A stretch of 64,000 nt of DNA from an uncultured Sulfitobacter sp. (GCA_964636575.1 CAZWSE010000001.1:36669-100668), one strand, 5' to 3'; counted from the first letter of the stretch, positions 1 to 10,992 are shown. Made by a program: numbers and translations. The notes: generated by a model not told the origin, from the sequence alone.

Positions 1-454
1 CATGGTCAAGGGAGGCATAGACCTGCTGCAGTTCCAAAAGTGTTTCGTTGATGACCCTGTTCTTTTCAGTCAGCTCGGCCTGCATTTCCAGTATTCGGCC
101 CCCAGCTTGAAGGCGCGACTTTAACTCATGCTTGTTCACGGGCTTGGTTAAAAAATCATCAGCCCCTGCATCAAGTCCGCGCGCAACTTCATTCTTTTCG
201 CTCTTGGAGGTCAGCAAGATGAAGTAGACGTAGTTTTCATCGGACAACGCACGGCACTCAGCACACAATTGCAAGCCCGACATGCCGGGCATCATCCAAT
301 CGCTTAGAACGATCTCAGGCCGGAATTCAGAAAACTGGATCAATGCGTCTTCGCCCGACGCTGCCTGCAAGACGTCAAACCCCCAACGCGTTAGCAGGCT
401 GGACAAAATTTTCCGCTGAAGTCGGCTATCGTCAACAATGAGAATGCGAGGCAT
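1..454 (-). CDS. Response regulator, CheY-like receiver domain (partial; C-terminal output part lies beyond the window start)
   Basis: Minus-strand translation from ATG at 452-454 gives MPRILIVDDSRLQRKILSSLLTRWGFDVLQAASGEDAL...DWMMPGMSGL...TSKSEK...DDFLTKP, a typical receiver. The reading frame runs off the window, so it is absent from the ORF track. Confidence 0.85.
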   Translation of the reverse strand, partial: MPRILIVDDSRLQRKILSSLLTRWGFDVLQAASGEDALIQFSEFRPEIVLSDWMMPGMSGLQLCAECRALSDENYVYFILLTSKSEKNEVARGLDAGADDFLTKPVNKHELKSRLQAGGRILEMQAELTEKNRVINETLLELQQVYASLDH

Positions 455-661
455 CTTTGCTGCGCTCGATATCACATCCTCTAAATGTTGTTGCGGTTCC
501 AAAATAGGTCCAACTGCTACCTTACTGCTTGAGCTTTCACTTCTAAACAAAGCAACATTAACGGTCGGTGAAACAGATAATTTGAATGATTCAACTTGCT
601 CCCATTCATATCCTGTAAACGAAGAACGCCTCATACACGCGAATGACTAAGGAGGTCGAAG

Positions 662-994
662 ATGATAGATTGGGAACGCGTTCTTGAGCTTGAAGAAGAG
701 GTTGGGAAAGAAGATTTCGACGAGGTTATACAGTTGTTTTTAGAAGAGGTTGAAGAGCGCATACCAATGCTTCTGGCGGCCAGAACGCCTGAAGATCTCG
801 AAACGACTTTGCACTTTCTTAAGGGAAGTGCGTTGAACCTAGGTTTTGCCCAGTTTTCCGCCTTGTGCCAGTCAGGGGAAACGGCCGCTTCTGCCGGTCA
901 AACCGAGGCGATTGACTGCACTGAAATTGTTGCTTGCTTTAGCCTATCTAAACAAACTTTCCTGAAAGACGTAGCGGACCACCAAGCGGCCTAG
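662..994 (+). CDS. Histidine phosphotransfer (HPt) domain protein
   Basis: 110 aa with the HPt signature LHFLKGSALNLGF. AAGGAGG RBS about 6 nt upstream. Divergent from the response regulator. Confidence 0.8.
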   Translation: MIDWERVLELEEEVGKEDFDEVIQLFLEEVEERIPMLLAARTPEDLETTLHFLKGSALNLGFAQFSALCQSGETAASAGQTEAIDCTEIVACFSLSKQTFLKDVADHQAA

Positions 995-1809
995 ACAAGC
1001 TTGTAAATGTCTTGCGCCTGAGCCGAACCGAACGTGCGCAATGCCTTGCGGCGCAAAGCCGACATTCCACCCAACCATTGATCAGGATTCGTCGCACGGA
1101 TCTGCGCATAATCAGCAACCACTGGGTGAGGCAAAATTCTGAATTGCCGCGCCTTCATACCCTCAACAACAGATGCGGCCACGTCATCGGCCGTCAAAAG
1201 CGTCGGCAGATCCTTCGCATCGCTGTCATTTAACCCGATTAAAGGGGTGGCAACATACTGTGGACACACCACTGAAACTCCGACCCCGTCATCTGCATGT
1301 GTGATCAAAAGAGATTCTGCAAAGCTAACCGCGGCATGCTTAGTTGCCGTATAGGCTGCGTCTCCAATCTGGTTCAAAATACCGGCCGCCGAGGCGACAT
1401 TGACCAAATACCCATCTCCCCGTTCGATCATAGCGGGCAGCACCGCGCGGGCCGCGTACACGTGGGCCATGACATGAACCATCCAATTCAAGTGCCAATC
1501 TTCATCCGGCGCTGACGCAGCGTGATCCGGTTGACCTCGGCCAAGCCCTGCATTTGAGACAAACACATCGACAGGGCCAAAGTGTTCTAAAGTTTGTTGA
1601 ACAACACGCTGAATGTCGGCTTCTTTGGTAACGTCACATGGCAAGGCCAATCCGTCGATGGATACAGCCAAGGCCTGTGCCGCCGATAGATTCAAATCAG
1701 CGACAACAACATGCGCTTTAAGTTCCGCAAAGTGTCGACACATCGCAGCCCCAATTCCACTGGCACCGCCTGTCACAATGATTGTCCGGCCCGCAAATTC
1801 CATCGACAT
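991..1809 (-). CDS. Short-chain dehydrogenase/reductase (SDR) family oxidoreductase
   Basis: TGGASGIG Rossmann motif, NAG motif, catalytic YTATK. Confidence 0.85.
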   Translation of the reverse strand: MSMEFAGRTIIVTGGASGIGAAMCRHFAELKAHVVVADLNLSAAQALAVSIDGLALPCDVTKEADIQRVVQQTLEHFGPVDVFVSNAGLGRGQPDHAASAPDEDWHLNWMVHVMAHVYAARAVLPAMIERGDGYLVNVASAAGILNQIGDAAYTATKHAAVSFAESLLITHADDGVGVSVVCPQYVATPLIGLNDSDAKDLPTLLTADDVAASVVEGMKARQFRILPHPVVADYAQIRATNPDQWLGGMSALRRKALRTFGSAQAQDIYKLV

Positions 1810-1812
1810 CTC

Positions 1813-3042
1813 CTAAATCAAGAATTGCGCCAGCATCTCATCTTGCGTGATATCTGTATACTGAAACCCTGCGTCGAGAAGTTTCTGAAGCAAGGCTGCA
1901 AAGTTGTCTGGATGCGACGTTTCGATCCCAATCAAGACAGACCCAAAGTTCCGTGCAGACTTCTTTAGATACTCAAAACGCGCAATGTCGTCATCTGGGC
2001 CCAAAATACCAAGAAACTCTTTTAGCGCCCCTGGCCGTTGCGGCATACGTAGGATGAAGTACTTTTTGACGCCGGAGTATCTTTGCGCACGCTCTTTCAC
2101 TTCTGGCAGTCTTTCGAAATCGAAATTGCCGCCAGACGCGATGCAAACAACTGTCTTGCCTTTTATCTCCGCCGCAACTTCAGACAAGGCTTCGATCGCC
2201 AAGGCGCCTGCTGGTTCAAGTACGATTCCTTCGATGTTCAGCATTTCAATTATGGATGTACAAATACGATCTTCAGACAGATCGATCACGTCAGTTGTTG
2301 CTACGTCTTTCAGACGAGCAAATGTCTTCTCCCCAATCGACGCGACTGCGGCGCCATCCACAAAAGTATTGATCGGAGAGACATCAGTGGGCTGCCCTTC
2401 GATCAGGGCGTGTTTCAGGCTTTTTGCGCCACTTGGCTCAACGAATGTGTAGGCGCATCGATCCTCAAAGTAGCTATAGGTTCCCGCGGACAGCCCTCCG
2501 CCACCGACCGGCAGAATGATACGATCGGGCATGCGGCCCAGTTGAGATTCCAGTTCGACCGCAACACTTGCTTGACCTTCGATCACATCTTCATCGTCAA
2601 ATGGGGACAAGAAATACGCATTCTGACCTTCGCAGTATGCCTTTGCGGCTGTCAGCGTTTGATCGAAGTAGTCTCCTACCAACCTCACTTCGACATTGTC
2701 GCCCCCAAACATCTGGGTCTTCTGGATTTTCTGTTGAGGCGTCGTGACCGGCATGAAAATCACGCCTGATTTGCCGAAGTGTTTGCACATGAATGCGACG
2801 CCCTGCGCATGGTTGCCCGCACTTGCACAAACGAAGGTGTCGACCTCGGTGCGTTTACGCATTGCATTAAACGCACCGCGTAGTTTGTACGACCGAACCG
2901 GGCTTAGGTCTTCCCTCTTCAACCACACGTCCGCATCGAACTTTTCAGACAAATGGTCGTTTCGAAGCAAGGGTGTTGCCGGAAACACGGTACGCATTTC
3001 TTGTGTGGCTGCTTTTGCCTGTTCTTGAAACGAGTTGTTCAT
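1813..3042 (-). CDS. ilvA: Threonine ammonia-lyase (threonine dehydratase), single ACT-like domain type
   Basis: PLP-lysine motif SYKLRGA, GGGGL loop, C-terminal regulatory domain. The ORF extends to a TTG at 3099, but the ATG at 3042 (MNNSFQEQ) gives a typical 409 aa. Confidence 0.85.
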   Translation of the reverse strand: MNNSFQEQAKAATQEMRTVFPATPLLRNDHLSEKFDADVWLKREDLSPVRSYKLRGAFNAMRKRTEVDTFVCASAGNHAQGVAFMCKHFGKSGVIFMPVTTPQQKIQKTQMFGGDNVEVRLVGDYFDQTLTAAKAYCEGQNAYFLSPFDDEDVIEGQASVAVELESQLGRMPDRIILPVGGGGLSAGTYSYFEDRCAYTFVEPSGAKSLKHALIEGQPTDVSPINTFVDGAAVASIGEKTFARLKDVATTDVIDLSEDRICTSIIEMLNIEGIVLEPAGALAIEALSEVAAEIKGKTVVCIASGGNFDFERLPEVKERAQRYSGVKKYFILRMPQRPGALKEFLGILGPDDDIARFEYLKKSARNFGSVLIGIETSHPDNFAALLQKLLDAGFQYTDITQDEMLAQFLI

Positions 3043-3170
3043 ATTCACCACGCAAAATTTCTTTCCCAAAGCAGTAGAGCGCGGACCCAACCCCGTCAAC
3101 GCAGGCTCAATCTTGCATGGCAGACAGAAACCTTATATCGCGCAGGCGTCTCAGCCAAAGGAACCCGATC

Positions 3171-4391
3171 ATGTCCGCACCCAAGAAAGTTGTTCTCGCC
3201 TATTCTGGCGGTTTGGACACCTCTATCATTCTGAAGTGGCTGCAGACCGAATACGGTTGTGAGGTTGTGACCTTCACTGCTGATCTGGGTCAAGGCGAGG
3301 AGCTTGAGCCTGCCCGCGCCAAAGCCGAGATGATGGGTGCAAAGGCTATCTACATCGAAGACCTTCGCGAAGAGTTTGTCCGCGACTTTGTGTTTCCGAT
3401 GTTCCGTGCGAACGCCCTTTATGAAGGGTTATACCTGCTGGGCACCTCTATTGCCCGCCCCTTGATCTCCAAGCGGCTGGTTGAGATCGCCGCTGCCGAA
3501 GGCGCAGATGCCGTATCACACGGCGCGACTGGCAAGGGCAACGATCAGGTTCGGTTTGAGCTGGCCGCCTATGCACTTAACCCTGACATTAAGGTGATCG
3601 CACCTTGGCGCGAATGGGACTTGTCCAGCCGGACCAAGCTTTTGGAATTCGCAGAAAAGAACCAAATCCCTGTCGCGAAGGACAAGCGCGGTGAGGCGCC
3701 CTTTAGTGTCGATGCGAACCTGTTGCACACATCTTCCGAAGGAAAAGTGCTCGAAGACCCTGCTCTTGATGCGCCAGACTACGTCTATCAACGTACCGTT
3801 AGCCCCGAAGACGCGCCCGATACACCTGAGTACATCGAAATCGGGTTTGAGCGCGGCGACGCTGTTTCCATCAACGGCGAAGCGATGTCGCCTGCGACGG
3901 TCTTGACCAAACTGAATGAGCTTGGCGGCAAGCATGGTTGCGGTCGGCTTGATCTGGTTGAAGGGCGCTTTGTTGGGATGAAGTCCCGTGGGATTTACGA
4001 AACACCTGGCGGCACCCTGCTGCTTGAGGCCCATCGCGGAATTGAGCAAATCACGCTTGATCGCGGTGAGGCCCATCTCAAAGATGAACTAATGCCGAAA
4101 TACGCAGAGCTTATCTATAACGGTTTTTGGTTCTCGCCTGAGCGCGAAATGCTGCAAGCCCTGATCGACAAAAGCCAAGAACACGTCACTGGTACTGTTC
4201 GCTTGAAGCTGTACAAAGGTTCTGCCCGTACGGTTGGCCGCTGGTCCGAGCATTCATTGTATTCCGAAGCGCATGTGACGTTCGAAGACGACGCAGGTGC
4301 CTATGACCAAACGGACGCTGCCGGCTTCATCCAGCTGAATGCGCTGCGCCTGAAGCTTTTGGCCGCGCGAGATCGCAAGTTAAAGGGCTAG
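3171..4391 (+). CDS. argG: Argininosuccinate synthase
   Basis: [12 protein letters not shown]-binding motif and full-length family similarity. ATG at 3171 preceded by AAGGAA; the upstream ORF extension is discarded. Confidence 0.95.
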   Translation: MSAPKKVVLAYSGGLDTSIILKWLQTEYGCEVVTFTADLGQGEELEPARAKAEMMGAKAIYIEDLREEFVRDFVFPMFRANALYEGLYLLGTSIARPLISKRLVEIAAAEGADAVSHGATGKGNDQVRFELAAYALNPDIKVIAPWREWDLSSRTKLLEFAEKNQIPVAKDKRGEAPFSVDANLLHTSSEGKVLEDPALDAPDYVYQRTVSPEDAPDTPEYIEIGFERGDAVSINGEAMSPATVLTKLNELGGKHGCGRLDLVEGRFVGMKSRGIYETPGGTLLLEAHRGIEQITLDRGEAHLKDELMPKYAELIYNGFWFSPEREMLQALIDKSQEHVTGTVRLKLYKGSARTVGRWSEHSLYSEAHVTFEDDAGAYDQTDAAGFIQLNALRLKLLAARDRKLKG

Positions 4392-5084
4392 TTTCAAAAC
4401 CTTTAGCCTTTCATAGATCGGCATTGCTTCGTCCAGAAGTTTCCTGAACCGAGGCTCTAACACGGGCAAATCGCCTTCGGGTCCAGCAAAGCCTGTGCTT
4501 TCGTGGACGGCGTTGTACCAGTGTTTTGCCCAGACGCCGTCGTCCTTATGGCCGCCTTTGGGCCAAGCCAGCATCGCGTTATCCCAATCCAGCTCAACGG
4601 CGTTGCAAAGCCCGCGCAGCGCATGTTCGGGATTGGTGCGAATATCGAAGCTGTCTATGATATGCCCACCCACCCGCTGGTAGATTTCGAGCTGCTGTCG
4701 AAATCCGATGTCGTCCATTGTTACATCGTCGCGCTTGGCACCATAGCTTGCGATGACACGCGCAGGGTGACGGATTAGGTGAAAGTTGACGACGTTATTG
4801 GCCCAGTCCAACGGAAATCCAGCCAACATATGATGCGGCATGTGTTTCATGTAAAAGTTTGGTTTGCCGTCAGGGATCTCTGCGAGACACCGATTAGCCA
4901 ACACTTCGGGATCGTTTTCATGCCGTGTCAGTATTTCATCTCGCATCGGATGTTCGACACCGGATACCGCCAAAAATGGCGCGTAGAACGGCTCATCCCA
5001 AACGGCAAAATCTGCACGCGCCCCAAAACTGTACATCATCGCCGTGCTCAGATTGCGCGGGCCGGACCACATCGCGATACGCAC
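4380..5084 (-). CDS. Sulfotransferase-like (P-loop-like WSGPRNLST) protein of unknown function
   Basis: 234 aa. The N-terminal SGPRNLST loop resembles the PAPS 5-prime phosphosulfate-binding loop. The start overlaps the stop of the upstream aminotransferase. The family call is from memory only. Confidence 0.5.
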   Translation of the reverse strand: MRIAMWSGPRNLSTAMMYSFGARADFAVWDEPFYAPFLAVSGVEHPMRDEILTRHENDPEVLANRCLAEIPDGKPNFYMKHMPHHMLAGFPLDWANNVVNFHLIRHPARVIASYGAKRDDVTMDDIGFRQQLEIYQRVGGHIIDSFDIRTNPEHALRGLCNAVELDWDNAMLAWPKGGHKDDGVWAKHWYNAVHESTGFAGPEGDLPVLEPRFRKLLDEAMPIYERLKVLKLAL

Positions 5085-5992
5085 TAGGTACGATCCGTTT
5101 CGATAAGCTGTTTGTACAGCTCCCTGATACGCAAAGTGACAGGCCCCATTTCGCCGGCACCAATCTGGCGGCCGTCAATGGCTGACACTGGCGTCTGTGC
5201 ACCGAAAGTCCCCGTCAGAAACGCCTCGTCCGCGCTATAGGTATCCACAAGGCTGAAGTTCCGCTCAAACACGGGGATGTCGTTCTGTTTGCAAACGTCG
5301 ATCACCTTCTGGCGGGTAATACCATTCATGCAATAGTCGCCAGTGCTGGTCCAGACCTCCCCCTTTCGAACGATGAAAAAATTACAAGCGTTGGTCGTGT
5401 TCACAAATCCATGCACATCGAGCATTAAAGCCTCATCCGCACCTGCCTTTTCAGCGGCAATGCACGCGAGGATACAGTTCAGCTTTGAATGGCTATTCAA
5501 CTTGGGGTCCTGAGTCATCGGCAACCCGCGCATGTGCGGAACCGTCGCAAGCGTCAGGGGGCGCGGGATCTTCGGCTGAGAATGTTCAACGATAATGACA
5601 AACGTGGGGCCAGATCGGCTAAGAGAAGGATGTTGAAACGGTCGCACCTTTACGCCGCGGGTGACCATCAAGCGCGCATGACAGTCTGTGGTCATTTCAT
5701 TCGCGTTTTGTGTCTCTAACAAGGCGGAAATAACGCCTTCGCGGTTCAAACCTATATCTAGATCAATCGCCTTAGCTGCTGCAAAAAGTCTGTCGATATG
5801 CTCGTTCAAGAACGCCCAACGCCCATCATAGAGCCGCAAACCTTCCCAAACACCGTCACCGAGCATAAAGCCACTGTCATAAACGCTTACAACAGCTTCT
5901 GACTTTGGGACGATCTTGCCGTTTACATAGATCAAGATGTTCTCATTGCGCACGTCATCTTCGGCTTGGTGTGTTGTAATATGATCTGACAT
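5084..5992 (-). CDS. Class IV (fold type IV) PLP aminotransferase, branched-chain/D-amino-acid type
   Basis: Family-typical length and motifs (GDGVWEG, VSAIDGR). ATG at 5990-5992 preceded by GGAGGG; the longer ORF to 6118 is discarded. Confidence 0.8.
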   Translation of the reverse strand: MSDHITTHQAEDDVRNENILIYVNGKIVPKSEAVVSVYDSGFMLGDGVWEGLRLYDGRWAFLNEHIDRLFAAAKAIDLDIGLNREGVISALLETQNANEMTTDCHARLMVTRGVKVRPFQHPSLSRSGPTFVIIVEHSQPKIPRPLTLATVPHMRGLPMTQDPKLNSHSKLNCILACIAAEKAGADEALMLDVHGFVNTTNACNFFIVRKGEVWTSTGDYCMNGITRQKVIDVCKQNDIPVFERNFSLVDTYSADEAFLTGTFGAQTPVSAIDGRQIGAGEMGPVTLRIRELYKQLIETDRT

Positions 5993-6130
5993 AGGCCCTC
6001 CAAAGATCAGGCTAGAAGCGCCGCGGCGCACTGCCAAGCAGTAAAATGCCGTCACAGCTGCGTGAGACATCGCCCACCCGCTTGCACGATCACGTCTGGC
6101 GGGACAGTGTAGCGTCAAAGGAGCACCGAT

Positions 6131-6790
6131 ATGACCCTATTTCGAAAAGCCAAACCATTCTTTCTAGGCCTGTGCATCACACTTGGCGCATTGGTTCACG
6201 GGAACGGCGCAAAAGCGGCTGGAACCGAAGTTTTGACAGTGGCCGGCGGCTGCTTTTGGTGTGTTGAATCTGATTTCGAGAAAGTGAAAGGCGTGAAGGA
6301 AGCCGTGTCTGGTTACACCGGCGGGAAGTCCGCAAACCCAACCTACAAGCAAGTCACGGGCGGCGGTACTGGCCACTACGAGGCCGTTCAGATCACCTTT
6401 GATCCAAGCGTTGTCAGTCGCGATACACTGCTTTCGATGTTTCTAAGGTCTGTCGATCCGACAGATGCAGGCGGTCAGTTCTGTGATCGCGGTGCCAGCT
6501 ATAGAACTGCCATTTTCGTCTCTAATGCGAGAGAAAAGGCATCTGCCCAAAAAGCAATTGAATCCGCTCAGTCGGATTTGGGGCAGAAAATCGTGACCCC
6601 TGTTTTGACCAAGGGTGAATTCTACCCTGCCGAGGCCTACCATCAAGACTACTACAAGGGCACGAAAATCGTGCTTACGCGCTTTGGTCCCAAAAAGCAG
6701 TCTGCTGCCTACAAGGCATATAGGAATGCATGCGGTCGTGACCAAAGAGTGCGCGAACTTTGGGGCAGTGCTGCCCCCTTTGCGAGCTAA
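6131..6790 (+). CDS. msrA: Peptide-methionine (S)-S-oxide reductase MsrA with predicted N-terminal signal peptide
   Basis: Catalytic [11 protein letters not shown] motif. N-terminus [30 protein letters not shown] looks like a Sec signal. Confidence 0.9.
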   Translation: MTLFRKAKPFFLGLCITLGALVHGNGAKAAGTEVLTVAGGCFWCVESDFEKVKGVKEAVSGYTGGKSANPTYKQVTGGGTGHYEAVQITFDPSVVSRDTLLSMFLRSVDPTDAGGQFCDRGASYRTAIFVSNAREKASAQKAIESAQSDLGQKIVTPVLTKGEFYPAEAYHQDYYKGTKIVLTRFGPKKQSAAYKAYRNACGRDQRVRELWGSAAPFAS

Positions 6791-7656
6791 CTTAAACGGG
6801 CGTCCTGAACCTCTTTTAAGTCAGGTATCACGTCCGCCGTTCCTTGTCGGGTCACCATTAATGCAGCCGCCAAGGTTGCGAGCGAAATTGCTTGCTCAAA
6901 TCCTTGTCCCCGGTCCAGAGCAGCCAGAAGATAGCCGGTAAATGTGTCCCCCGCTCCGGTGGTATCAACCGGATCAACTTTGACTGCTGCGAAATCTCTT
7001 GACGCTCCATCCGACACCCACCTGCACCCCTTTGCCCCAAGCGTTACGATGATGTCTTTCACCGGCAGGTCTGTCAGGGATTCATTCGTAGCATGGGCCA
7101 GCTGTTCGGCCTCCACCTCATTGAGAACCAACAGATCCAAGTTTGGCATCACGGCCAAAACCGCATCAGGGTCAAAAGGCGCCGCAGCATAACACGTCCG
7201 CAATCCCATATCCCGGGCCATAGATATCGCGTAGCCCTGTCCGTTCGTCTCGTTCTGGGTGACAAAGATATCGCCCGATACTGCCGAAGAAAGGGCCTGT
7301 CCAACCCGTTCTTGTGAAATCTGCCCATTCGCACCGGACAAGATCACAATTTGGTTTTCGCCGTCCTCGGAAACTGTAATCATCGCATGCCCAGTTGGAG
7401 CCTTCCCAATAGCGATGTGTCTTGTGTCCACGCCATATTCCAGAAGCCGCGTCGTCGCCCAGTCCCCGTCAGATCCGACGGCGCCGATATGAACGGTGTG
7501 GGCACCTGCCCGCGCAGAAGCGACAGACATATTTGCGCCCTTCCCGCCAAGAAACCGCTGCATGTCGGAAGCGTGAAGAGTTTCCCCCGGCCGCGGCAAA
7601 TGCGAGACGCGATAAATGTCATCCGCGTTTATCGACCCCAGGTTCCAAATTGTCAT
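6787..7656 (-). CDS. PfkB-family carbohydrate kinase (ribokinase-like)
   Basis: [10 protein letters not shown] and TGAGDTFTG signatures of the ribokinase/PfkB family. Confidence 0.8.
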   Translation of the reverse strand: MTIWNLGSINADDIYRVSHLPRPGETLHASDMQRFLGGKGANMSVASARAGAHTVHIGAVGSDGDWATTRLLEYGVDTRHIAIGKAPTGHAMITVSEDGENQIVILSGANGQISQERVGQALSSAVSGDIFVTQNETNGQGYAISMARDMGLRTCYAAAPFDPDAVLAVMPNLDLLVLNEVEAEQLAHATNESLTDLPVKDIIVTLGAKGCRWVSDGASRDFAAVKVDPVDTTGAGDTFTGYLLAALDRGQGFEQAISLATLAAALMVTRQGTADVIPDLKEVQDARLS

Positions 7657-7745
7657 CTTGGTCCTCTTCTCAGACAGCCGCTCGTGACGTTTTCGGCTTT
7701 AACCACAGTCATACCATTTGTAAGGTCGCCATCAATCCTTGGGGG

Positions 7746-10376
7746 ATGGTGTCCGTGTCAAATGTAACGCCGATGATGGCGCAATATCTCGAAATCAAAG
7801 CTGACCATCCGGACGCGTTGCTGTTCTACCGCATGGGCGACTTCTATGAGATGTTTTTCGACGATGCTGTTGCTGCGGCAGAGGCTTTGGATATCGCTCT
7901 AACCAAACGAGGAAAACATGACGGAGATGATATTCCCATGTGTGGAGTTCCTGCGCATGCAGCTGAGGGGTATTTTCTAACCCTCATCAGAAAGGGTTTT
8001 CGTGTCGCTGTTTGCGAGCAGCTCGAGAGCCCTGCGGAGGCCAAGAAGCGGGGTGGAAAATCTGTTGTGAAACGTGGCGTCGTTCGCTTGGTCACACCGG
8101 GCACTTTAACGGAGGACTCTCTGCTTGAGGCCCGCAAACACAACTATCTTGCAGCCTTCGCGGACATCCGTGGAAACAGCGCGATGGCTTGGGTCGACAT
8201 TTCCACTGGCGCCTTTCATGTCATGGATCTACCCATGGTTCGCCTTGGCCCCGAGTTGGCCAGATTGGCCCCATCAGAGCTGATCATTTCAGACACTAAA
8301 CAGGCAGAATTGGATGGTTTGGCTTCTGAAGCTGGGATTGCCATTACGCCATTAAGCCCTTCAACATTCGACAGTGTCTCGGCGGAAAAGCGGTTGCTCG
8401 AACTGTTCGATGTCGCGACACTTGACGCTTTTGGGTCGTTCTCTAGGGCTGAGATTTCCGCAATGGGCGCCATAATAGACTATCTGGAAATCACTCAAAA
8501 AGGTAAGTTACCACTGTTGGTTCGTCCCGTGAAAGAGGCGACTGAAACCGTTGTTCAAATCGACGCAGCAACACGCCGAAACCTTGAGCTAACTCACGCG
8601 TTAGCAGGTGGCCGTGCAGGATCGCTGTTGTCCATTATTGACAGAACCGTCACACCTGCCGGTGCCCGATTGTTGGAAAGGCGTCTATCCAGCCCCTCGC
8701 GGCGGCTGGATGTTGTTTCAGAGCGACTTGAAGCTGTTACCTATGCGCTGAACGAAAGACAGCTCGCGGCGAGAATCCACGATCATCTGCGCAAAGTTCC
8801 AGACCTTGACCGGGCTTTATCACGCATGTCGCTTGAACGCGGAGGTCCCCGGGATTTAGCGGCCATTCGAAATGGCTTAGCCGAGGGGCTTCAAATTTCT
8901 GATGCGTTGAGCGAACTGATTTTGCCAAATGTTTTGCAAACGGCGCGGAATGGGCTGATCGGTCACGAGGAGATTTTGTCCTTGCTAGATGAGGCCCTTG
9001 TTGCTGATCCCCCGCTCCTTGCCAGGGACGGCGGGTTCGTTGCTCCGGGATACAATGATGACCTGGATAACGCTCGTAAACTCAGAGATGAAGGTCGGTC
9101 TGTTATTGCCGAAATGCAATCCAAATACTCTGAGCAAACAGGCATCTCTTCGTTGAAGATTAAACACAACAATGTGCTCGGTTACTTCATCGAAACAACC
9201 GCCACCCATGCGGAACGAATGTTGTCTCCGCCTCTAAGCGAAACTTTCATTCACCGGCAAACCACGGCCAATCAAGTTCGGTTCGCCACAGTCGAACTTT
9301 CGGAAATGGAAACCAAAATCCACAACGCAGCCGCAACTGCGCTCAATATTGAAAAGGCAGTGTTTGCGTCTCTAACACGGGCTATTTTGGAAATTTCAGC
9401 CCGCATTAGCGATGCATCAAAAGGGCTGGCAACGATTGATCTGACGTTCGGTTTGGCCAGACTTGCCCAAACTGAACAGTGGTGTCGACCTAAGATGGAC
9501 GACGGAAAGACCTTCAGTATTCAAGGCGGACGCCACCCAGTGGTGGAACACGCGCTGCGCCAAGCCGGGACACCCTTTGTTGCCAACGATTGTGATCTGA
9601 GCAAAGCGAATATTTGGTTGCTGACAGGTCCAAACATGGCCGGTAAGTCTACATTTTTACGTCAGAACGCTCTTATTGCGGTCTTAGCGCAAATGGGCAG
9701 CTATGTGCCCGCTAGCGCCGCCCATATCGGATTGGTGAGTCAAATTTTTAGCCGCGTCGGCGCCTCTGATGATCTGGCGAGGGGTCGGTCGACTTTTATG
9801 GTTGAGATGGTCGAAACCGCGGCGATCCTCAATCAAGCAGACGATCGAGCGCTTGTCATTCTAGATGAAATTGGGCGCGGCACGGCCACGTACGATGGGC
9901 TGTCCATCGCTTGGGCAACGCTTGAGCATTTACATGATGCAAACAAGTCACGCGCACTCTTTGCGACACACTACCATGAAATGACAGCGCTTGCCGGAAA
10001 GCTGGCAGGCGTAGACAACGCGACCATGACGGTCAAGGAACATGGCGGAGAGGTCATTTTCCTGCATGAAGTAAAGCGCGGCGCTGCCGACAGATCGTAT
10101 GGGGTACAGGTGGCACAACTAGCTGGGCTTCCAGCTTCGGTCGTCCAAAGAGCCCGGGTCGTTTTGGAGGCCTTGGAAAAGGGAGAGCGCGAAGGCGGCG
10201 GCAAGCAAAAAGCGCTGATCGATGACTTGCCGCTTTTCTCTGCGACCGCGCCGCCTCCGCAGCCTACGAAACCATCCGCCGTCGAAAGCGCTCTGGATGA
10301 CATTTACCCCGATGAATTGACTCCGAAAGAGGCGCTGGCCCTACTCTACAAATTGAAAGAGGCGTCTCAAGGTTAA
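7746..10376 (+). CDS. mutS: DNA mismatch repair protein MutS
   Basis: TPMMAQYLEIK N-terminus, Walker A GPNMAGKST, TFMVEM, DEIGRGT. The ATG at 7746 gives 876 aa. The ORF-track extension to 7422 overlaps the divergent kinase gene and is rejected. Confidence 0.95.
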   Translation: MVSVSNVTPMMAQYLEIKADHPDALLFYRMGDFYEMFFDDAVAAAEALDIALTKRGKHDGDDIPMCGVPAHAAEGYFLTLIRKGFRVAVCEQLESPAEAKKRGGKSVVKRGVVRLVTPGTLTEDSLLEARKHNYLAAFADIRGNSAMAWVDISTGAFHVMDLPMVRLGPELARLAPSELIISDTKQAELDGLASEAGIAITPLSPSTFDSVSAEKRLLELFDVATLDAFGSFSRAEISAMGAIIDYLEITQKGKLPLLVRPVKEATETVVQIDAATRRNLELTHALAGGRAGSLLSIIDRTVTPAGARLLERRLSSPSRRLDVVSERLEAVTYALNERQLAARIHDHLRKVPDLDRALSRMSLERGGPRDLAAIRNGLAEGLQISDALSELILPNVLQTARNGLIGHEEILSLLDEALVADPPLLARDGGFVAPGYNDDLDNARKLRDEGRSVIAEMQSKYSEQTGISSLKIKHNNVLGYFIETTATHAERMLSPPLSETFIHRQTTANQVRFATVELSEMETKIHNAAATALNIEKAVFASLTRAILEISARISDASKGLATIDLTFGLARLAQTEQWCRPKMDDGKTFSIQGGRHPVVEHALRQAGTPFVANDCDLSKANIWLLTGPNMAGKSTFLRQNALIAVLAQMGSYVPASAAHIGLVSQIFSRVGASDDLARGRSTFMVEMVETAAILNQADDRALVILDEIGRGTATYDGLSIAWATLEHLHDANKSRALFATHYHEMTALAGKLAGVDNATMTVKEHGGEVIFLHEVKRGAADRSYGVQVAQLAGLPASVVQRARVVLEALEKGEREGGGKQKALIDDLPLFSATAPPPQPTKPSAVESALDDIYPDELTPKEALALLYKLKEASQG

Positions 10377-10399
10377 CTGAAACGCCTCACTTCTTTTTG
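10359..10399 (+). terminator. Putative intrinsic terminator at the mutS 3-prime end
   Basis: GAGGCGT (10359-10365) pairs with ACGCCTC (10382-10388), followed by the T-rich tract TTCTTTTT. The stem overlaps the stop codon. Confidence 0.5.
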
Positions 10400-10431
10400 G
10401 TCAAAATACCTCGGCCGGAGGCAAAAAAATC

Positions 10432-10992
10432 CTAGCCGGGCGTGGATGAAACGCCGACCTGCGCAGGTCGCAACAAACGGTCATGCAGCATGAAGCCTTC
10501 TGCGGCCACCTGAATGATGTCGCCAGCCTTTGTGCCTGGCAAGGGGGCCTCAAACATAGCTTGATGTTGTTGCGGGTCGAAACGGTCACCGACTTCTGGC
10601 TTGATCAAAACGATACCGTGCTTTGAAAAAACGCTCAGCAGCTCACGCATGGTCAGCTCAACACCTTCAAGCACAGCACCGGATACAGCGCGCTGCTCTT
10701 CGGTCACGGCCTCAAGGGCTCGCTTCATGTTATCATAGACAGGCAACATATCGCGCGCGAGCTTTGATCCGCCGTAGTTTTCAGCTTCGCGGCGATCTTT
10801 GTCAGATCGTTTGCGAGCATTCTCGGCATCGGCCAAAGCGCGCATGAAACGGTCGCGGAATTGATCTCGTTCTGCAATCACGCCTTCAAGCGTCAAAGCA
10901 TCTTCATCAATCTCAGCAAACTCCTCAGCGAATTCTTCCGCCTCGGCGCTATCAATATCGTCCAAAAAGTCTTCGTTGTTCGGCTCAGCCAT
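10432..10992 (-). CDS. grpE: Nucleotide exchange factor GrpE
   Basis: Acidic N-terminus, RALADAEN..RKR coiled coil, C-terminal beta domain. Directly downstream of hrcA. Confidence 0.95.
   Translation of the reverse strand: MAEPNNEDFLDDIDSAEAEEFAEEFAEIDEDALTLEGVIAERDQFRDRFMRALADAENARKRSDKDRREAENYGGSKLARDMLPVYDNMKRALEAVTEEQRAVSGAVLEGVELTMRELLSVFSKHGIVLIKPEVGDRFDPQQHQAMFEAPLPGTKAGDIIQVAAEGFMLHDRLLRPAQVGVSSTPG

Noticed and set aside
558-572. CtrA-like box TTAACGGTCGGTGAA between the response regulator and Hpt genes.
   Set aside because: The second half-site is TGAA, not TTAA. A single imperfect match in an AT-richer spacer is not convincing.
7422-7745. N-terminal extensions in the ORF track, for example mutS from 7422, hrcA to 12225, hemD from 56674, hslU to 32206, regB to 45778, tsaD to 56904 and murU to 41308.
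   Set aside because: The extensions overlap neighbouring genes or intergenic promoters, lack an RBS and exceed family lengths. Internal starts with an RBS and homolog-like N-termini were preferred.
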